IMG/VR virus record: IMGVR_UViG_3300042509_001805 | Location: 1-64,000 of that record | From: an uncultured virus (IMG/VR IMGVR_UViG_3300042509_001805) | Lineage: Duplodnaviria > Heunggongvirae > Uroviricota > Caudoviricetes | Strand: one strand, 5' to 3' | DNA: 64,000 bases | Shown here: one piece after another, positions 44,805 through 54,515 of the stretch | Numbering within the stretch: the stretch's first letter is position 1 | Layout of the letters: each line of letters opens with the position of its first letter | Notes under the pieces: model-generated | Database searches by the model: none | What the model was told of the DNA's origin: nothing | What the model saw: the letters and a program-made list of their open reading frames with translations, nothing else | Made by a program: the position numbers and the translations under genes

Positions 44805-45308
44805 ATGTACAAATATTTGCTGTCTTTATTATTTTTTGTTTTATTTGTAGCTTCAACATCTGCTCAAACGTATTACTATTCTTATAGTGGTTACAGTAAA
44901 GGCGGATTTAATTGGCCCGGAACTACAAAAGAGCAAACTAATAAGTTGATTCAAGAATCTTTCGCAGAGATAAACAGGCATTCAAAAATGCAAGTCAAGC
45001 CTTGGTCTGGCAAAGGAAGCTACCAAATTACTATAAAGTTTTCTAATAAAGTTCCATACAATGCTCTTGCTGTTATGGATGGAAATACCATGCTAATAAG
45101 CAAAACAAGACCAGTTCAGCCAGTAAACTGTAGAAGTGTAGTTATACATGAATTTTTTCATTATCTTAACTATAAAGCAAACCCTCAAGCAGATAAGTGG
45201 GGACATAGCAACGATAAAAACTGCGCGTTCAACATCAATGGTAATATTGATAAACTTTGTCCCGCAGAAGTTCAGTTTTTAATAAACAAATTTGGTAAAA
45301 AGCAATGA
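44805..45308 (+). CDS. secreted zinc metallopeptidase-like protein
   Basis: Signal peptide; HEFFH...GHS. Confidence 0.6.
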   Translation: MYKYLLSLLFFVLFVASTSAQTYYYSYSGYSKGGFNWPGTTKEQTNKLIQESFAEINRHSKMQVKPWSGKGSYQITIKFSNKVPYNALAVMDGNTMLISKTRPVQPVNCRSVVIHEFFHYLNYKANPQADKWGHSNDKNCAFNINGNIDKLCPAEVQFLINKFGKKQ

Positions 45309-45964
45309 AAATATTCGAAGTTGCCCAGCAAATACGAACTAAAGTAAATTCGCTAAAATATTCAGATACGCCCGAAACTCAAAAGGTTAGTAGCTTGATA
45401 GAGGTTGGATGGCAAAACGCTTTACCAAAACCGCCAGAAAATACTAGCGATATAACTATAAGTGAGCTTAGGTATCTAGAAAAATTGACAAGAGTTTTAT
45501 CGCCAGCGGAAAAAGAGTTGGTGAAAGTTGTTGACATAGAATCTTTAGACTTATTTAGAAATGTAGCAAGAAAAAATAACATCAAACTAAATGAAGACGG
45601 TTTTGTAAAATTATGGAATATATGTAGACCAATAGTATTTAATTTAAAAGCAAAGTTTAATAGACCAAGACCACAGCAACTAGCCCCGTATTTTGGTATA
45701 AATGTAAACGTAATAACAACCAAAACACATCAAACGCCAGCTTACCCATCTGGGCATACTCTTTATGCCGCATTAGCCGCGCATCTTTTTTCTGCCAAAT
45801 ATCCAGAATTATCTGGTGAGTTTTTTAGTCTTGTTGGTACTGTTGGTGAAGCAAGGTGCTTGCAAGGTGTTCACTATCCAAGTGATAATGAGGCATCAAT
45901 GACTATTTCCAGTGTTTTATGGGAAGACTTAAAGTACAAATTGTTTCCTGATCTTTTTATATAA
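45305..45964 (+). CDS. PAP2-superfamily phosphatase
   Basis: K..FNRPRP, YPSGH, R...GVHYPSD. Confidence 0.88.
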   Translation: MKIFEVAQQIRTKVNSLKYSDTPETQKVSSLIEVGWQNALPKPPENTSDITISELRYLEKLTRVLSPAEKELVKVVDIESLDLFRNVARKNNIKLNEDGFVKLWNICRPIVFNLKAKFNRPRPQQLAPYFGINVNVITTKTHQTPAYPSGHTLYAALAAHLFSAKYPELSGEFFSLVGTVGEARCLQGVHYPSDNEASMTISSVLWEDLKYKLFPDLFI

Positions 45965-45974
45965 GGGTTTATAT

Positions 45975-46802
45975 ATGCCACTTCCGACACGACGCGAAGA
46001 TGAGTCTCGCGAAAATTACATTTCTAGATGTATGTCAGACAATAAAGTTTCTGATGAATTTCCAGATCGTCAACAAAGAATTGCTGTTTGCATGTCCAAG
46101 GCTTGCGAAGGTCTTTCGGCAGTAGCTTCTGCCGACTTGCAGTATAGTGTTGAAGAATTTGGTTATACTGAAGATGTAAATGAAGATAATTTTTACATTC
46201 CAAGCGAAGATGAATACCTAAGTATCGCCAGTATTAAAGTTACTCTTGAAGAAGAAGATGAAGAAGATGATACCGAGGAGGACGAGGAAGACGATGAAGA
46301 GGATGATGTAGAAGAAATTGATGCTTCTAAAGAACTTCCGGGTCTCTGGGAAAACATTCGTAGAAAGCGCGAAAGAGAAGGTAAAGACTACAAGCCAGCA
46401 AAACGCGGAGATAAAGATCGTCCAAAACCAGACGCATGGAAACAAGCTCAAAGTAAGTTTGTTTACGAAAACCCTAAAACTGGCGAGCGTTATTCTTATA
46501 TTCGTCAAGGTAACTACAAAAAAGATGGTACTATGCTTGTTTATAAGGGTAAATCATCAGAGTATCAAGGTCGAAAAGTCAAACTAAACAAGCCATTTAG
46601 AACCCCTGACGGCCCTAAGAAGTTTGCTGTTTATACGCGAAATGATAGTGGTAAGGTAGTTATTGTTCGTTTTGGCGACCCTACAACTGACATAAAAAGA
46701 GACGATCCAGAGCGTAGAAAATCTTTTAGAGCAAGGCACAGATGCGATACAAATCCCGGTCCACGCTGGAAAGCACGTTATTGGGCGTGTCGTAGCTGGT
46801 GA
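45975..46802 (+). CDS. phage protein with acidic tract and conserved C-terminal domain
   Basis: KKFAVY......VRFGD...RRKSFRARH.C...ARYW.CR.W, common in large phages. Confidence 0.7.
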   Translation: MPLPTRREDESRENYISRCMSDNKVSDEFPDRQQRIAVCMSKACEGLSAVASADLQYSVEEFGYTEDVNEDNFYIPSEDEYLSIASIKVTLEEEDEEDDTEEDEEDDEEDDVEEIDASKELPGLWENIRRKREREGKDYKPAKRGDKDRPKPDAWKQAQSKFVYENPKTGERYSYIRQGNYKKDGTMLVYKGKSSEYQGRKVKLNKPFRTPDGPKKFAVYTRNDSGKVVIVRFGDPTTDIKRDDPERRKSFRARHRCDTNPGPRWKARYWACRSW

Positions 46803-46805
46803 TAT

Positions 46806-47093
46806 ATGCAAAGATTAATAGCAATTCTTATTATAATTTCACAACTTGCTAATGTAATAATAAGTTCATTTACAGAAGACGCCTCTGAAAATGATGCTGA
46901 TGAAATGCTTTGCAGTAAGGCTTGGAGATTACAAGATAAACCATTTTGGAATACAGTAAAAGTATTCTTTGATGAATACGCTTGGCCTCTTTCTGTTTGG
47001 AAAGGAAAATACTCAACTCACTGCGAAGCTTGTTTTTATCAAGAAAAATCAAGAATAGAAGATAGGTTAAAACAATACAAAGACTGGAGTTAA
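46806..47093 (+). CDS. hypothetical protein
   Basis: ORF in operon. Confidence 0.6.
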   Translation: MQRLIAILIIISQLANVIISSFTEDASENDADEMLCSKAWRLQDKPFWNTVKVFFDEYAWPLSVWKGKYSTHCEACFYQEKSRIEDRLKQYKDWS

Positions 47094-47094
47094 A

Positions 47095-47502
47095 ATGAAT
47101 ATTTGGACCTCAATTAAAACATGGTTTCTTGGTTGGTTTGTTGGAAGTAAAGAGCTTAAAGTAATAGAAATACTTGAAAGCGCAGATACGTTATTCAACA
47201 AGTCTTTTCCAATAGTAAAGCAAATAGATGAAGAGTTAAAACCGGCTCTTAGAAGTTTGGCTGCTAAAAATGGCGATGAAGCTGATGTATATGAAACAAT
47301 ATTAGCATTCTTGAAAAAGTTTGAAGGTGTACTTGAAGACTTTCATAAACTTGCTAAACAGGTTTACGAACTTCCAATACCAGATATGCTGTTTACAATA
47401 GCTATCGAAATTTTAAAAGCTCAATCTGCTGGAAATGTATCTTTATCGTTGCTTAGACTTTCTGTAGAATTAGCTTATAACGTATACAAAAAAACAAAGT
47501 AA
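47095..47502 (+). CDS. hypothetical protein
   Basis: GGAG RBS. Confidence 0.65.
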   Translation: MNIWTSIKTWFLGWFVGSKELKVIEILESADTLFNKSFPIVKQIDEELKPALRSLAAKNGDEADVYETILAFLKKFEGVLEDFHKLAKQVYELPIPDMLFTIAIEILKAQSAGNVSLSLLRLSVELAYNVYKKTK

Positions 47503-47554
47503 AAGTAATGTCTTTTGGAGCAATTGGTCAGTTTATGATTAAAGGGGTGATACT

Positions 47555-47800
47555 ATGCTTATCAAAGTTGAAAATAAAGATGGTTACAAAACATCCAATC
47601 CATTTTATTATCACACCAAGGATGAAAATGATAAACATTATCTTTTTTCTGAGTTTCAACTTGCCGTAGCTTCCGAAAGAGCAGATAAGAATAAAGAGGA
47701 TTTACCTAAAGAAAAAAAGTCCCACGCCTGTTTTTATTCCTTTGTTTGTGGTGTTTTAGTTGGTTTTATTCTAACGTTTGTTTATTGTTATTTTTTCTAA
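47555..47800 (+). CDS. small membrane-anchored protein
   Basis: C-terminal TM segment. Confidence 0.6.
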   Translation: MLIKVENKDGYKTSNPFYYHTKDENDKHYLFSEFQLAVASERADKNKEDLPKEKKSHACFYSFVCGVLVGFILTFVYCYFF

Positions 47801-47809
47801 TGGTGTATT

Positions 47810-48868
47810 TTGAATCATATCAAACTGATAGCTCCTATCAATAGTCTTGGATATGGGGTAGCTGGATACAATTTATTCAAAGAGTTATATCAACTTCATC
47901 CATCCACTGCCCTTTATCCTATTTCTCAGCCAGAGTTTGTAGACGAATACGTTCAGACAGGAATGAATAATAGGTCTGCAAATTTCCCAAATTCTCCATG
48001 CGTTAAAATCTGGCATCAAAATGATGTACATTCTTTTATTGGGAAAGGTTTACATGTGGGTTTTCCCATTTTTGAACTTACTGAGTTTTCCAACGAAGAA
48101 AAACTTAGCATGTCGCATTGTGACAAGCTTTTTGTTTGCTCAGAATGGGCTAAAGATGTACTTTACAACCAAAGGGGATGGAGTTCTCCTGCCGTTCATG
48201 TAGTTCCACTTGGCGTTGATTCAGATGTTTTTCAGCCATGTTTATCCAGTAGAAAAACAACAGTATTTTTTAACTGTGGAAAATGGGAAAAACGTAAAGG
48301 TCACGATATTCTTTTGGAGTGCTTCAATTATGCGTTCGGGCCAAACGATAATGTAGAACTTTGGATGATGTGTGATAACCCATTTATTGGGCAAAACAAC
48401 GAAAAATGGATGAATCTATACAAAAATTCACCGCTTGGACACAAGATTAGATTTATTCCAAGGCAAAAAACTCACAAAGATGTGTATAATATCATGAAGC
48501 AAACAGATTGCGGTGTTTTTCCAGCTAGAGCAGAAGGTTGGAATCTGGAGTTACTAGAAATGATGTCTTGCGGTAAACAGGTAATAGCCACAAACTATTC
48601 AGCGCACACAGAATTTTGTAACAATAATAATTGTCATTTAGTTGACCCAGAAGGTTTCGAGCCAGCTTTTGATGGAGTATTTTTTTCAGGATCTTACGGA
48701 GAATGGGCAAGTCTGCAAAAAAAATCTAAAGAACAAGTAATTAGTTATATGCGAACCATACATAAACAAAAACAAGAAGGTTCCCACAAATTAAATACTA
48801 AAGGCATTGATACTTCAATTCAATTTAGTTGGCAAAATTCAGTACAGGAGTTATTAAATGGACTCTAG
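47810..48868 (+). CDS. glycosyltransferase family 4
   Basis: VVPLGVD, G.WE.RKG.DIL, EGWNL.LLEMM.CGK.VIAT. Confidence 0.88.
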   Translation: MNHIKLIAPINSLGYGVAGYNLFKELYQLHPSTALYPISQPEFVDEYVQTGMNNRSANFPNSPCVKIWHQNDVHSFIGKGLHVGFPIFELTEFSNEEKLSMSHCDKLFVCSEWAKDVLYNQRGWSSPAVHVVPLGVDSDVFQPCLSSRKTTVFFNCGKWEKRKGHDILLECFNYAFGPNDNVELWMMCDNPFIGQNNEKWMNLYKNSPLGHKIRFIPRQKTHKDVYNIMKQTDCGVFPARAEGWNLELLEMMSCGKQVIATNYSAHTEFCNNNNCHLVDPEGFEPAFDGVFFSGSYGEWASLQKKSKEQVISYMRTIHKQKQEGSHKLNTKGIDTSIQFSWQNSVQELLNGL

Positions 48869-49781
48869 TTTTCAAACATCCCGAAAAATTCTCGATCTTT
48901 ATCGTAATGGTTTCGTTGGGGCTATTTGTGACGAAGAAGATGTAAAAAAGCTTCTTGGTGAGCTTCCGATGCCAATTTTTGGTGCTGCTGCATATGATCT
49001 TAAAAATAGTGGTAAAGATAAATTAAGTTTGCCATATAAATGTTTGATTGATTTTGATCCAGATTTTGGCCCATCGGAAAGTCAAACCACTGGCGATTGT
49101 GTCAGTCATGCAACTAGAAATGCAATCGATGTAACGCGCGCTGTAGAAATTAAAAATGGAGATAAGGAAGATTTTATTGCTCGCGGAGCAACCGAAGGAA
49201 TATACCAGTCTCGCGGTCATAATGGTCAAGGAATGACATGTTCTGGAGCGGCTAGATATGTAAATCAAACTGGAGGTATTCTCCTTAGAAAGGATTATGG
49301 GGCAGTAAATCTTTCTGTATACAACTCAAGCCTTGGAGCGAACAGTAGAATTCCAGAGTCTGTTTATAAAATAGAAGCACAAAAACATCAAGTTAAAACA
49401 GTATCAAATGTAAGAACAGTTGAAGAAGCAAGAGATGCTTTAGCAAATGGTTACGCTCTTTCTGTTTGTTCTGGTTTTGGGTTTTCCAGCAAACGAGATT
49501 CCAATGGAATTGCTAAAAGATCCGGGCAATGGGCGCACGCGATGGCTTGGATAGCTTGTGATGATACCCGTGAAAGATTCAATGAAATCTTATTTTTAGT
49601 TCAAAACAGTTGGGGCATGTGGAATAGTGGACCAAAAATTCACGATCAGCCAGAAGGAAGTTTTTGGATCAGAGAAGCTGATGCGAGAGGAATGCTTGCA
49701 GAAGGAGGTTCTTGGGTATTTAGCGATGTAAACGGATTTCCTCCAAGAAAAATTATTTACAACAATAGCGAGGTTTTCTAA
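48858..49781 (+). CDS. papain-like (C1) cysteine peptidase
   Basis: Q..GDCVSH, WAHAM, VQNSWG catalytic motifs. Confidence 0.8.
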   Translation: MDSSFQTSRKILDLYRNGFVGAICDEEDVKKLLGELPMPIFGAAAYDLKNSGKDKLSLPYKCLIDFDPDFGPSESQTTGDCVSHATRNAIDVTRAVEIKNGDKEDFIARGATEGIYQSRGHNGQGMTCSGAARYVNQTGGILLRKDYGAVNLSVYNSSLGANSRIPESVYKIEAQKHQVKTVSNVRTVEEARDALANGYALSVCSGFGFSSKRDSNGIAKRSGQWAHAMAWIACDDTRERFNEILFLVQNSWGMWNSGPKIHDQPEGSFWIREADARGMLAEGGSWVFSDVNGFPPRKIIYNNSEVF

Positions 49782-50200
49782 TGAATATTCAGCAAAGAGC
49801 CATAATAGGCGCGATAATTATTGCAGCTTTTGTTTTTTTTACAAATCATGATAAAATTTCAAATTCCGCCTTGACAAATGATGAAATAACTAATATAATA
49901 ACACAGACAGAAAAGGCTTTTAATGAAGCGGAATCTAAAATTCTAAAGAATAATCCAAAGCCTGACGATAATAAACCAGTCGGCCCAGATCCAGATGCAG
50001 CAAAATGTATTTGCAAAGGAACCGGAAAAATAGTACAAGGAGACGGACATATTTCGCCATGTCCATACCATAGCAGCGGAGAATCTTCGCAGGTAATAGA
50101 TGGAGCTTGTGATAATTGTGGAAACATAAATTCTAACATTCTGATAACCAAATCAGATTATACTAGAAAAGATGTTTTAAATAGTGTGTTTGGTTATTAA
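49781..50200 (+). CDS. membrane-anchored Cys-containing protein
   Basis: N-terminal TM segment, CICKGTG. Confidence 0.6.
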   Translation: MNIQQRAIIGAIIIAAFVFFTNHDKISNSALTNDEITNIITQTEKAFNEAESKILKNNPKPDDNKPVGPDPDAAKCICKGTGKIVQGDGHISPCPYHSSGESSQVIDGACDNCGNINSNILITKSDYTRKDVLNSVFGY

Positions 50201-50223
50201 TTTTTTCTCAAAGGAGAAACATA

Positions 50224-50400
50224 ATGGAAAAGTGGAAAGCTTTACTTACGTCGAGAAGATTTTGGGTTTCAGCCGTTGCTTTAAGCTCTATTGTTGCTTC
50301 CGAGGCTTTTGGCATTACTCTCAATCAAGAACAGCTTGTTGGTTTTGTTACAATTGTTGTAGCTTGGGTTATTGGGGACACGATTAGGGAAACCAAGTAA
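50224..50400 (+). CDS. holin-like small membrane protein (58 aa)
   Basis: Manual translation MEKWKALLTSRRFWVSAV...VVAWVIGDTIRETK; two TM segments; AAGGAG RBS. Confidence 0.6.
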   Translation: MEKWKALLTSRRFWVSAVALSSIVASEAFGITLNQEQLVGFVTIVVAWVIGDTIRETK

Positions 50401-50708
50401 TGAATTTATCAGATATAAGTCCTATTCAATGGGTATTTTTAATTGTTGGTGTTTTAATAGCTCTTCCGGCTGTAACGCCATATTTAACTTCCTTTTTGAA
50501 TAAGCGGAAAGATGCGCCTAAAGATAATGATGGTTATGAAACTTACAGTTTAACTGATATAGTTCATAAATGGGAAAGTTTAGAAGAGGCTTGCAGAAAA
50601 GCTAATTTAAATGAAGCTTCAGTAAAGTTAATCGAAGTTTTCCCTCTTTTGGCAAAAAAAGGAAATCCTGTTGATAATATAATGAGCAAATATAATCCTA
50701 ACCCATAA
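50400..50708 (+). CDS. membrane protein
   Basis: N-terminal TM segment. Confidence 0.65.
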   Translation: MNLSDISPIQWVFLIVGVLIALPAVTPYLTSFLNKRKDAPKDNDGYETYSLTDIVHKWESLEEACRKANLNEASVKLIEVFPLLAKKGNPVDNIMSKYNPNP

Positions 50709-50717
50709 GAGGTTAAA

Positions 50718-51176
50718 ATGAATAATGGCACACGGCTAGTTATTGGTTTGTGTTTGGTTTCGGTTGGTCTTTTTTGGAATAATTTAGTAAATCTTATTCC
50801 AAAAATCGATAAAAAAATTCCAAAACAAGTGGTTCAAATAGATAAGCCATCTGATGAAGTTTTTAATACTGTCAAATCAACGGCAGATTTAGTCACAGAC
50901 CCTAGCGATAAAATTAAATTGTGCATTTTCAACAACACCTTTTCAAAAAGAGTAACGTCTTATTCCGCTGACGCACAGCAGATTAACGATGTTTATGTTC
51001 AGGCGGCAAAAAATATTTTTGGCGACTCTTTGAAGGGTAAATACCAAGGATTTTCTGGGTCGTTGGACAAACTTTTTGGCTCAGTTTTAGGAATAGAAAA
51101 CCATATTGCTACAGATAAAGAAAAATCTGCAATATCTGATACTTTTAGGGGGTTGGCTTATTGCTTATCTTTATAA
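50718..51176 (+). CDS. membrane-anchored protein
   Basis: N-terminal TM segment. Confidence 0.65.
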   Translation: MNNGTRLVIGLCLVSVGLFWNNLVNLIPKIDKKIPKQVVQIDKPSDEVFNTVKSTADLVTDPSDKIKLCIFNNTFSKRVTSYSADAQQINDVYVQAAKNIFGDSLKGKYQGFSGSLDKLFGSVLGIENHIATDKEKSAISDTFRGLAYCLSL

Positions 51177-51180
51177 CAAT

Positions 51181-51206
51181 AAAACGGGGCTTCGGCCCCG
51201 TTTTTT
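51181..51206 (+). terminator. intrinsic terminator
   Basis: aaaacggggc-ttcg-gccccgttttttt. Confidence 0.85.
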
Positions 51207-51223
51207 AAAATTGAAAGGAACTT

Positions 51224-51457
51224 ATGAATATAATTGATGTTTTGATAGACGAGTGCCGTTGTGCGATGAAACAACAAACATTTGAAATAAATAGCGTACT
51301 AGCAAACCCAACCCACGAAGGGTCTGTAAACAGGGCTTCTAAAGCTATTTACGAATATACAAAACATGAAACCGTACTTCAGAATTTGCTAAAGTTAAAA
51401 GGACAGATGGACGAAATGAATAATACCGAAGTTCAAGAAGAGGTAAATGAAAACTAA
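51224..51457 (+). CDS. hypothetical protein
   Basis: AAGGA RBS. Confidence 0.65.
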   Translation: MNIIDVLIDECRCAMKQQTFEINSVLANPTHEGSVNRASKAIYEYTKHETVLQNLLKLKGQMDEMNNTEVQEEVNEN

Positions 51458-51815
51458 AATAACCCTAATTGTAATAGAAACAATTCCTTATTTTAGACAA
51501 GGTATACCTCCAACGAAAATTTTAGTTGACAAAAATGGAAAGTTTCCTAGTGGATATATCTCAACAAAAACAGTTGAAGATACAATAAAAGAAATACTAT
51601 CAAATCACACATCATTGTCTCCAGACTTTCTTTGCCCAACTATCAGCAAACTTTTTCACGAAAAAGGCTCTGATGAGTGTGAAGCAATTTACACATGCGT
51701 TATCCAAAATGGAATCATCGGCACAAAAAATAATTCTAAAATGCTATCAATTGAGGAAATAAACATAGATGAGCGATATACAACACCAATCATCGCAGTC
51801 CCCAGATCAATTTGA
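51447..51815 (+). CDS. hypothetical protein
   Basis: GAGG RBS. Confidence 0.6.
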   Translation: MKTKITLIVIETIPYFRQGIPPTKILVDKNGKFPSGYISTKTVEDTIKEILSNHTSLSPDFLCPTISKLFHEKGSDECEAIYTCVIQNGIIGTKNNSKMLSIEEINIDERYTTPIIAVPRSI

Positions 51816-52128
51816 AGAAGGCAGTAACAACGAAAATATTTCTGCGCAGTTGACTATTACTGTTGACAATCAGGGTTTTATATCCTATAATTGCGACTGG
51901 ACACCGGGAGAAAACGGAATCGTTGGCTTGGCTTCTATTTTTTACAGATTACTTTTAGCTAATTTTAGCGAAGAAATTCTTCTAGAAATTAAACAGCAGT
52001 GCGTATCAAATGATAGCGAAGCTGATTATATCGCAATAATTAATTTGATCAATAGTTATGATTCAAAATTAAACAAAAACGATGATAATCAAGTAGTTAT
52101 AGCTCCCGATCAAGTTTACCGAATATAA
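51769..52128 (+). CDS. hypothetical protein
   Basis: ORF in operon. Confidence 0.6.
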   Translation: MSDIQHQSSQSPDQFEEGSNNENISAQLTITVDNQGFISYNCDWTPGENGIVGLASIFYRLLLANFSEEILLEIKQQCVSNDSEADYIAIINLINSYDSKLNKNDDNQVVIAPDQVYRI

Positions 52129-52141
52129 CTGGAGAAGGTTT

Positions 52142-52780
52142 ATGGCAAGCAAAAAAATAGTCTGGAAAAGCTGGAATGCTGTTGCAGAAGAATACATAAA
52201 CTCATGCACGGAAGAACTAAACAAAATAGAAGAAGAATTGAATAACATGTCTGGAGAAGACGGTTTAATGGGAACCGGAACGCCAATATTTCTTAATTCT
52301 GAAAAGTTTAGTGGAATGCATACTCCATTTGGAGTTTTTCCTATCGATTCTCCATTCAAGCCATCAGACCGATGGGATTGCTGGATTGGAACAACAAATT
52401 TTAGCATCACTCAATCAATAAACAAAACGCTAAAAGAAAATATTGATGGAATTGAGGCTTTGAAAATAATGGGAAGGTATTCTTTTTGTGTAGGAATACC
52501 TTGCACATTCGACTTTCAGGATGTAAGATTAGAAATCGAAAAGAAGCTTTGCGTTTTCACCGAGAAGGAGGTAATGACAGACGAAGTAACGGAAACGGTT
52601 GCTTTGATGAAAGAACAGCTAAAACATAACAAATATTGGTCTATTTTAGTTGCTTCTACGGGTAAATTGGATTATGTTGTTTCTGACAATTTTGATCAGA
52701 AATACGTGGATGGTTTGAATCAGTTAGTAGAGTTAAAACAAAAAATTGGTGGAATAATTTTAAGGGGCGAAGATGGATAA
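52142..52780 (+). CDS. hypothetical protein
   Basis: 212-aa ORF with RBS. Confidence 0.7.
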   Translation: MASKKIVWKSWNAVAEEYINSCTEELNKIEEELNNMSGEDGLMGTGTPIFLNSEKFSGMHTPFGVFPIDSPFKPSDRWDCWIGTTNFSITQSINKTLKENIDGIEALKIMGRYSFCVGIPCTFDFQDVRLEIEKKLCVFTEKEVMTDEVTETVALMKEQLKHNKYWSILVASTGKLDYVVSDNFDQKYVDGLNQLVELKQKIGGIILRGEDG

Positions 52781-53246
52781 TATTAATCAAGAATTTGAAG
52801 CAAAGTGGAACGATTCTGATGTCAAAAGTATAATGAACAAGATATCTAACAAATATAGGAATAATATCGACATAGACGATATAGAGTCTATAAAAATGAA
52901 TACTCTTTGGAACTGTATAAAGAAGTTTGACGAGTCGAAGGGTACAAAATTTACTTCCTACTTGTTTCAACAGCTTACTTACGCTTTCAAAAATAAAATC
53001 AAAAGTAAACGCAACGAATTTAACTTTGAAAATATTGAAAAACAGGATGTTAATTACCAAGATAAGCTTGAGGTTATTGATATACTGAATAGTCTTGACG
53101 ATGAAACAACTCAAATTTTGCAACAAAAATTTTACCAAAATATGACCATGAAAGAAATTGGAAGAACCAATGGTTATTCTCGGGAAACTGCCCGTAGAAA
53201 GTTCAAAAATGCTATTGCGGAATGTAAAAACTTGCATAAATCTTGA
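52773..53246 (+). CDS. sigma-70 family RNA polymerase sigma factor (ECF-sized)
   Basis: LW.CIKKFD.SKGTKFTSY (region 2) and MTMKEIG...GYSRETAR (region 4). Confidence 0.85.
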   Translation: MDNINQEFEAKWNDSDVKSIMNKISNKYRNNIDIDDIESIKMNTLWNCIKKFDESKGTKFTSYLFQQLTYAFKNKIKSKRNEFNFENIEKQDVNYQDKLEVIDILNSLDDETTQILQQKFYQNMTMKEIGRTNGYSRETARRKFKNAIAECKNLHKS

Positions 53247-53347
53247 TTTTAATTGTGTATAGTAGTTTAGGAATAGGATCTCCTTTTGGATAACTGGGAA
53301 ATAAAGTTTTTTATGTTTATTTTAATTATATAATCGGAGATCGAACT

Positions 53348-54028
53348 ATGGCTGTGCAACCAAAATCTAGCTATTTGAGAAATACTGGCGGCGGCGCTTT
53401 TACTTCTCAACGTCAAGGCGGAACTCTTTACGCTAACGGCTCAACGGGGTCTGTCATCACCAAGGCATTTTTAGTTAAGGATGCTGTTGATGATGTAGTC
53501 AAATCTTATGGTGTTGTTCTTAGGGCTTATCCGGGATCAAGCGGAATGTACGGAACTCAGAAAATCGTTTCTGGTGGCGCTTTCGCTTATTTTGAAGCTG
53601 GTAAGTACATTATTAGAACAATCAGCACTACTATTGCTGGTGTTGCGTCTACTAAGCTTCTTATTCCCGGCTCAGACAATGGAAAGCGTAATGCTATTCA
53701 TCAGTTTATCCATGACTTTGGCGCTCGATTGCTCACTAAATGGCGAGCAAATGAGTTCTCTTGGCTTGGTGTATTTGATAATGGCAGCAAGATCAAGCGT
53801 CGTTACAACTGGGTTGATGCCGCTGGTACAGCAGCATCGAAACCTGTTACCGCTACCAATCTTGATATGATTAATCCAGTTGGTGGTGCTACTGCTCGAA
53901 AGAGCGATAGCGCTGCTAATCCAACCCGCGCAATTCCGGGTGAATTAGTTATGAAGGTTGACTTTGTAACAACAAACATTTCTAGCGGCGGAGACTTCTT
54001 CAACTATAAGCCTATCACAGGTATGTAG
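53348..54028 (+). CDS. hypothetical, possibly structural protein
   Basis: Gly/Ala/Thr-rich, GGAG RBS. Confidence 0.65.
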   Translation: MAVQPKSSYLRNTGGGAFTSQRQGGTLYANGSTGSVITKAFLVKDAVDDVVKSYGVVLRAYPGSSGMYGTQKIVSGGAFAYFEAGKYIIRTISTTIAGVASTKLLIPGSDNGKRNAIHQFIHDFGARLLTKWRANEFSWLGVFDNGSKIKRRYNWVDAAGTAASKPVTATNLDMINPVGGATARKSDSAANPTRAIPGELVMKVDFVTTNISSGGDFFNYKPITGM

Positions 54029-54064
54029 TTTATTAATTCTTCCATTGTAAACCGGAGTACAATT

Positions 54065-54376
54065 ATGAATGAAGCTTGGGTTTTGATTAGAAATGTAGCA
54101 GAAGTAATAGGGATGTTTGCAATACCATTATTTTCTTGGGTTGTTTATACTATTGTTCAACAAGGTAAGCAAATTATTATTCTTGAACAAAAGGTAAATG
54201 ACTCGATTAGTCAGAGAATGACTGGTATTGAAAATAGAGTGGCTGGCGTAGAAACAAAAATGGAAGAAGTTATTAGCAACGTGGTCGAATTTAAAATGTA
54301 TGCCGTGGATAGTAAAAATATCCATACTCAAATTAATTCTAAACTAGACACGATTGTTTCTAAGTTGAAAATTTAG
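54065..54376 (+). CDS. membrane / coiled-coil protein
   Basis: One TM segment plus coiled coil. Confidence 0.6.
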   Translation: MNEAWVLIRNVAEVIGMFAIPLFSWVVYTIVQQGKQIIILEQKVNDSISQRMTGIENRVAGVETKMEEVISNVVEFKMYAVDSKNIHTQINSKLDTIVSKLKI

Positions 54377-54515
54377 TAAGATAGTTCAACTATCTAAATA
54401 TATAGAAAGCCTGTCGATTTAAAACTCGGCAGGTTTTCTTTTTTTTGATTGATTTTTGGTCTGGAAAGGCGTATAATACTCTACCAGATAAAAGTTTATA
54501 TAGAAAGGTATTGTA

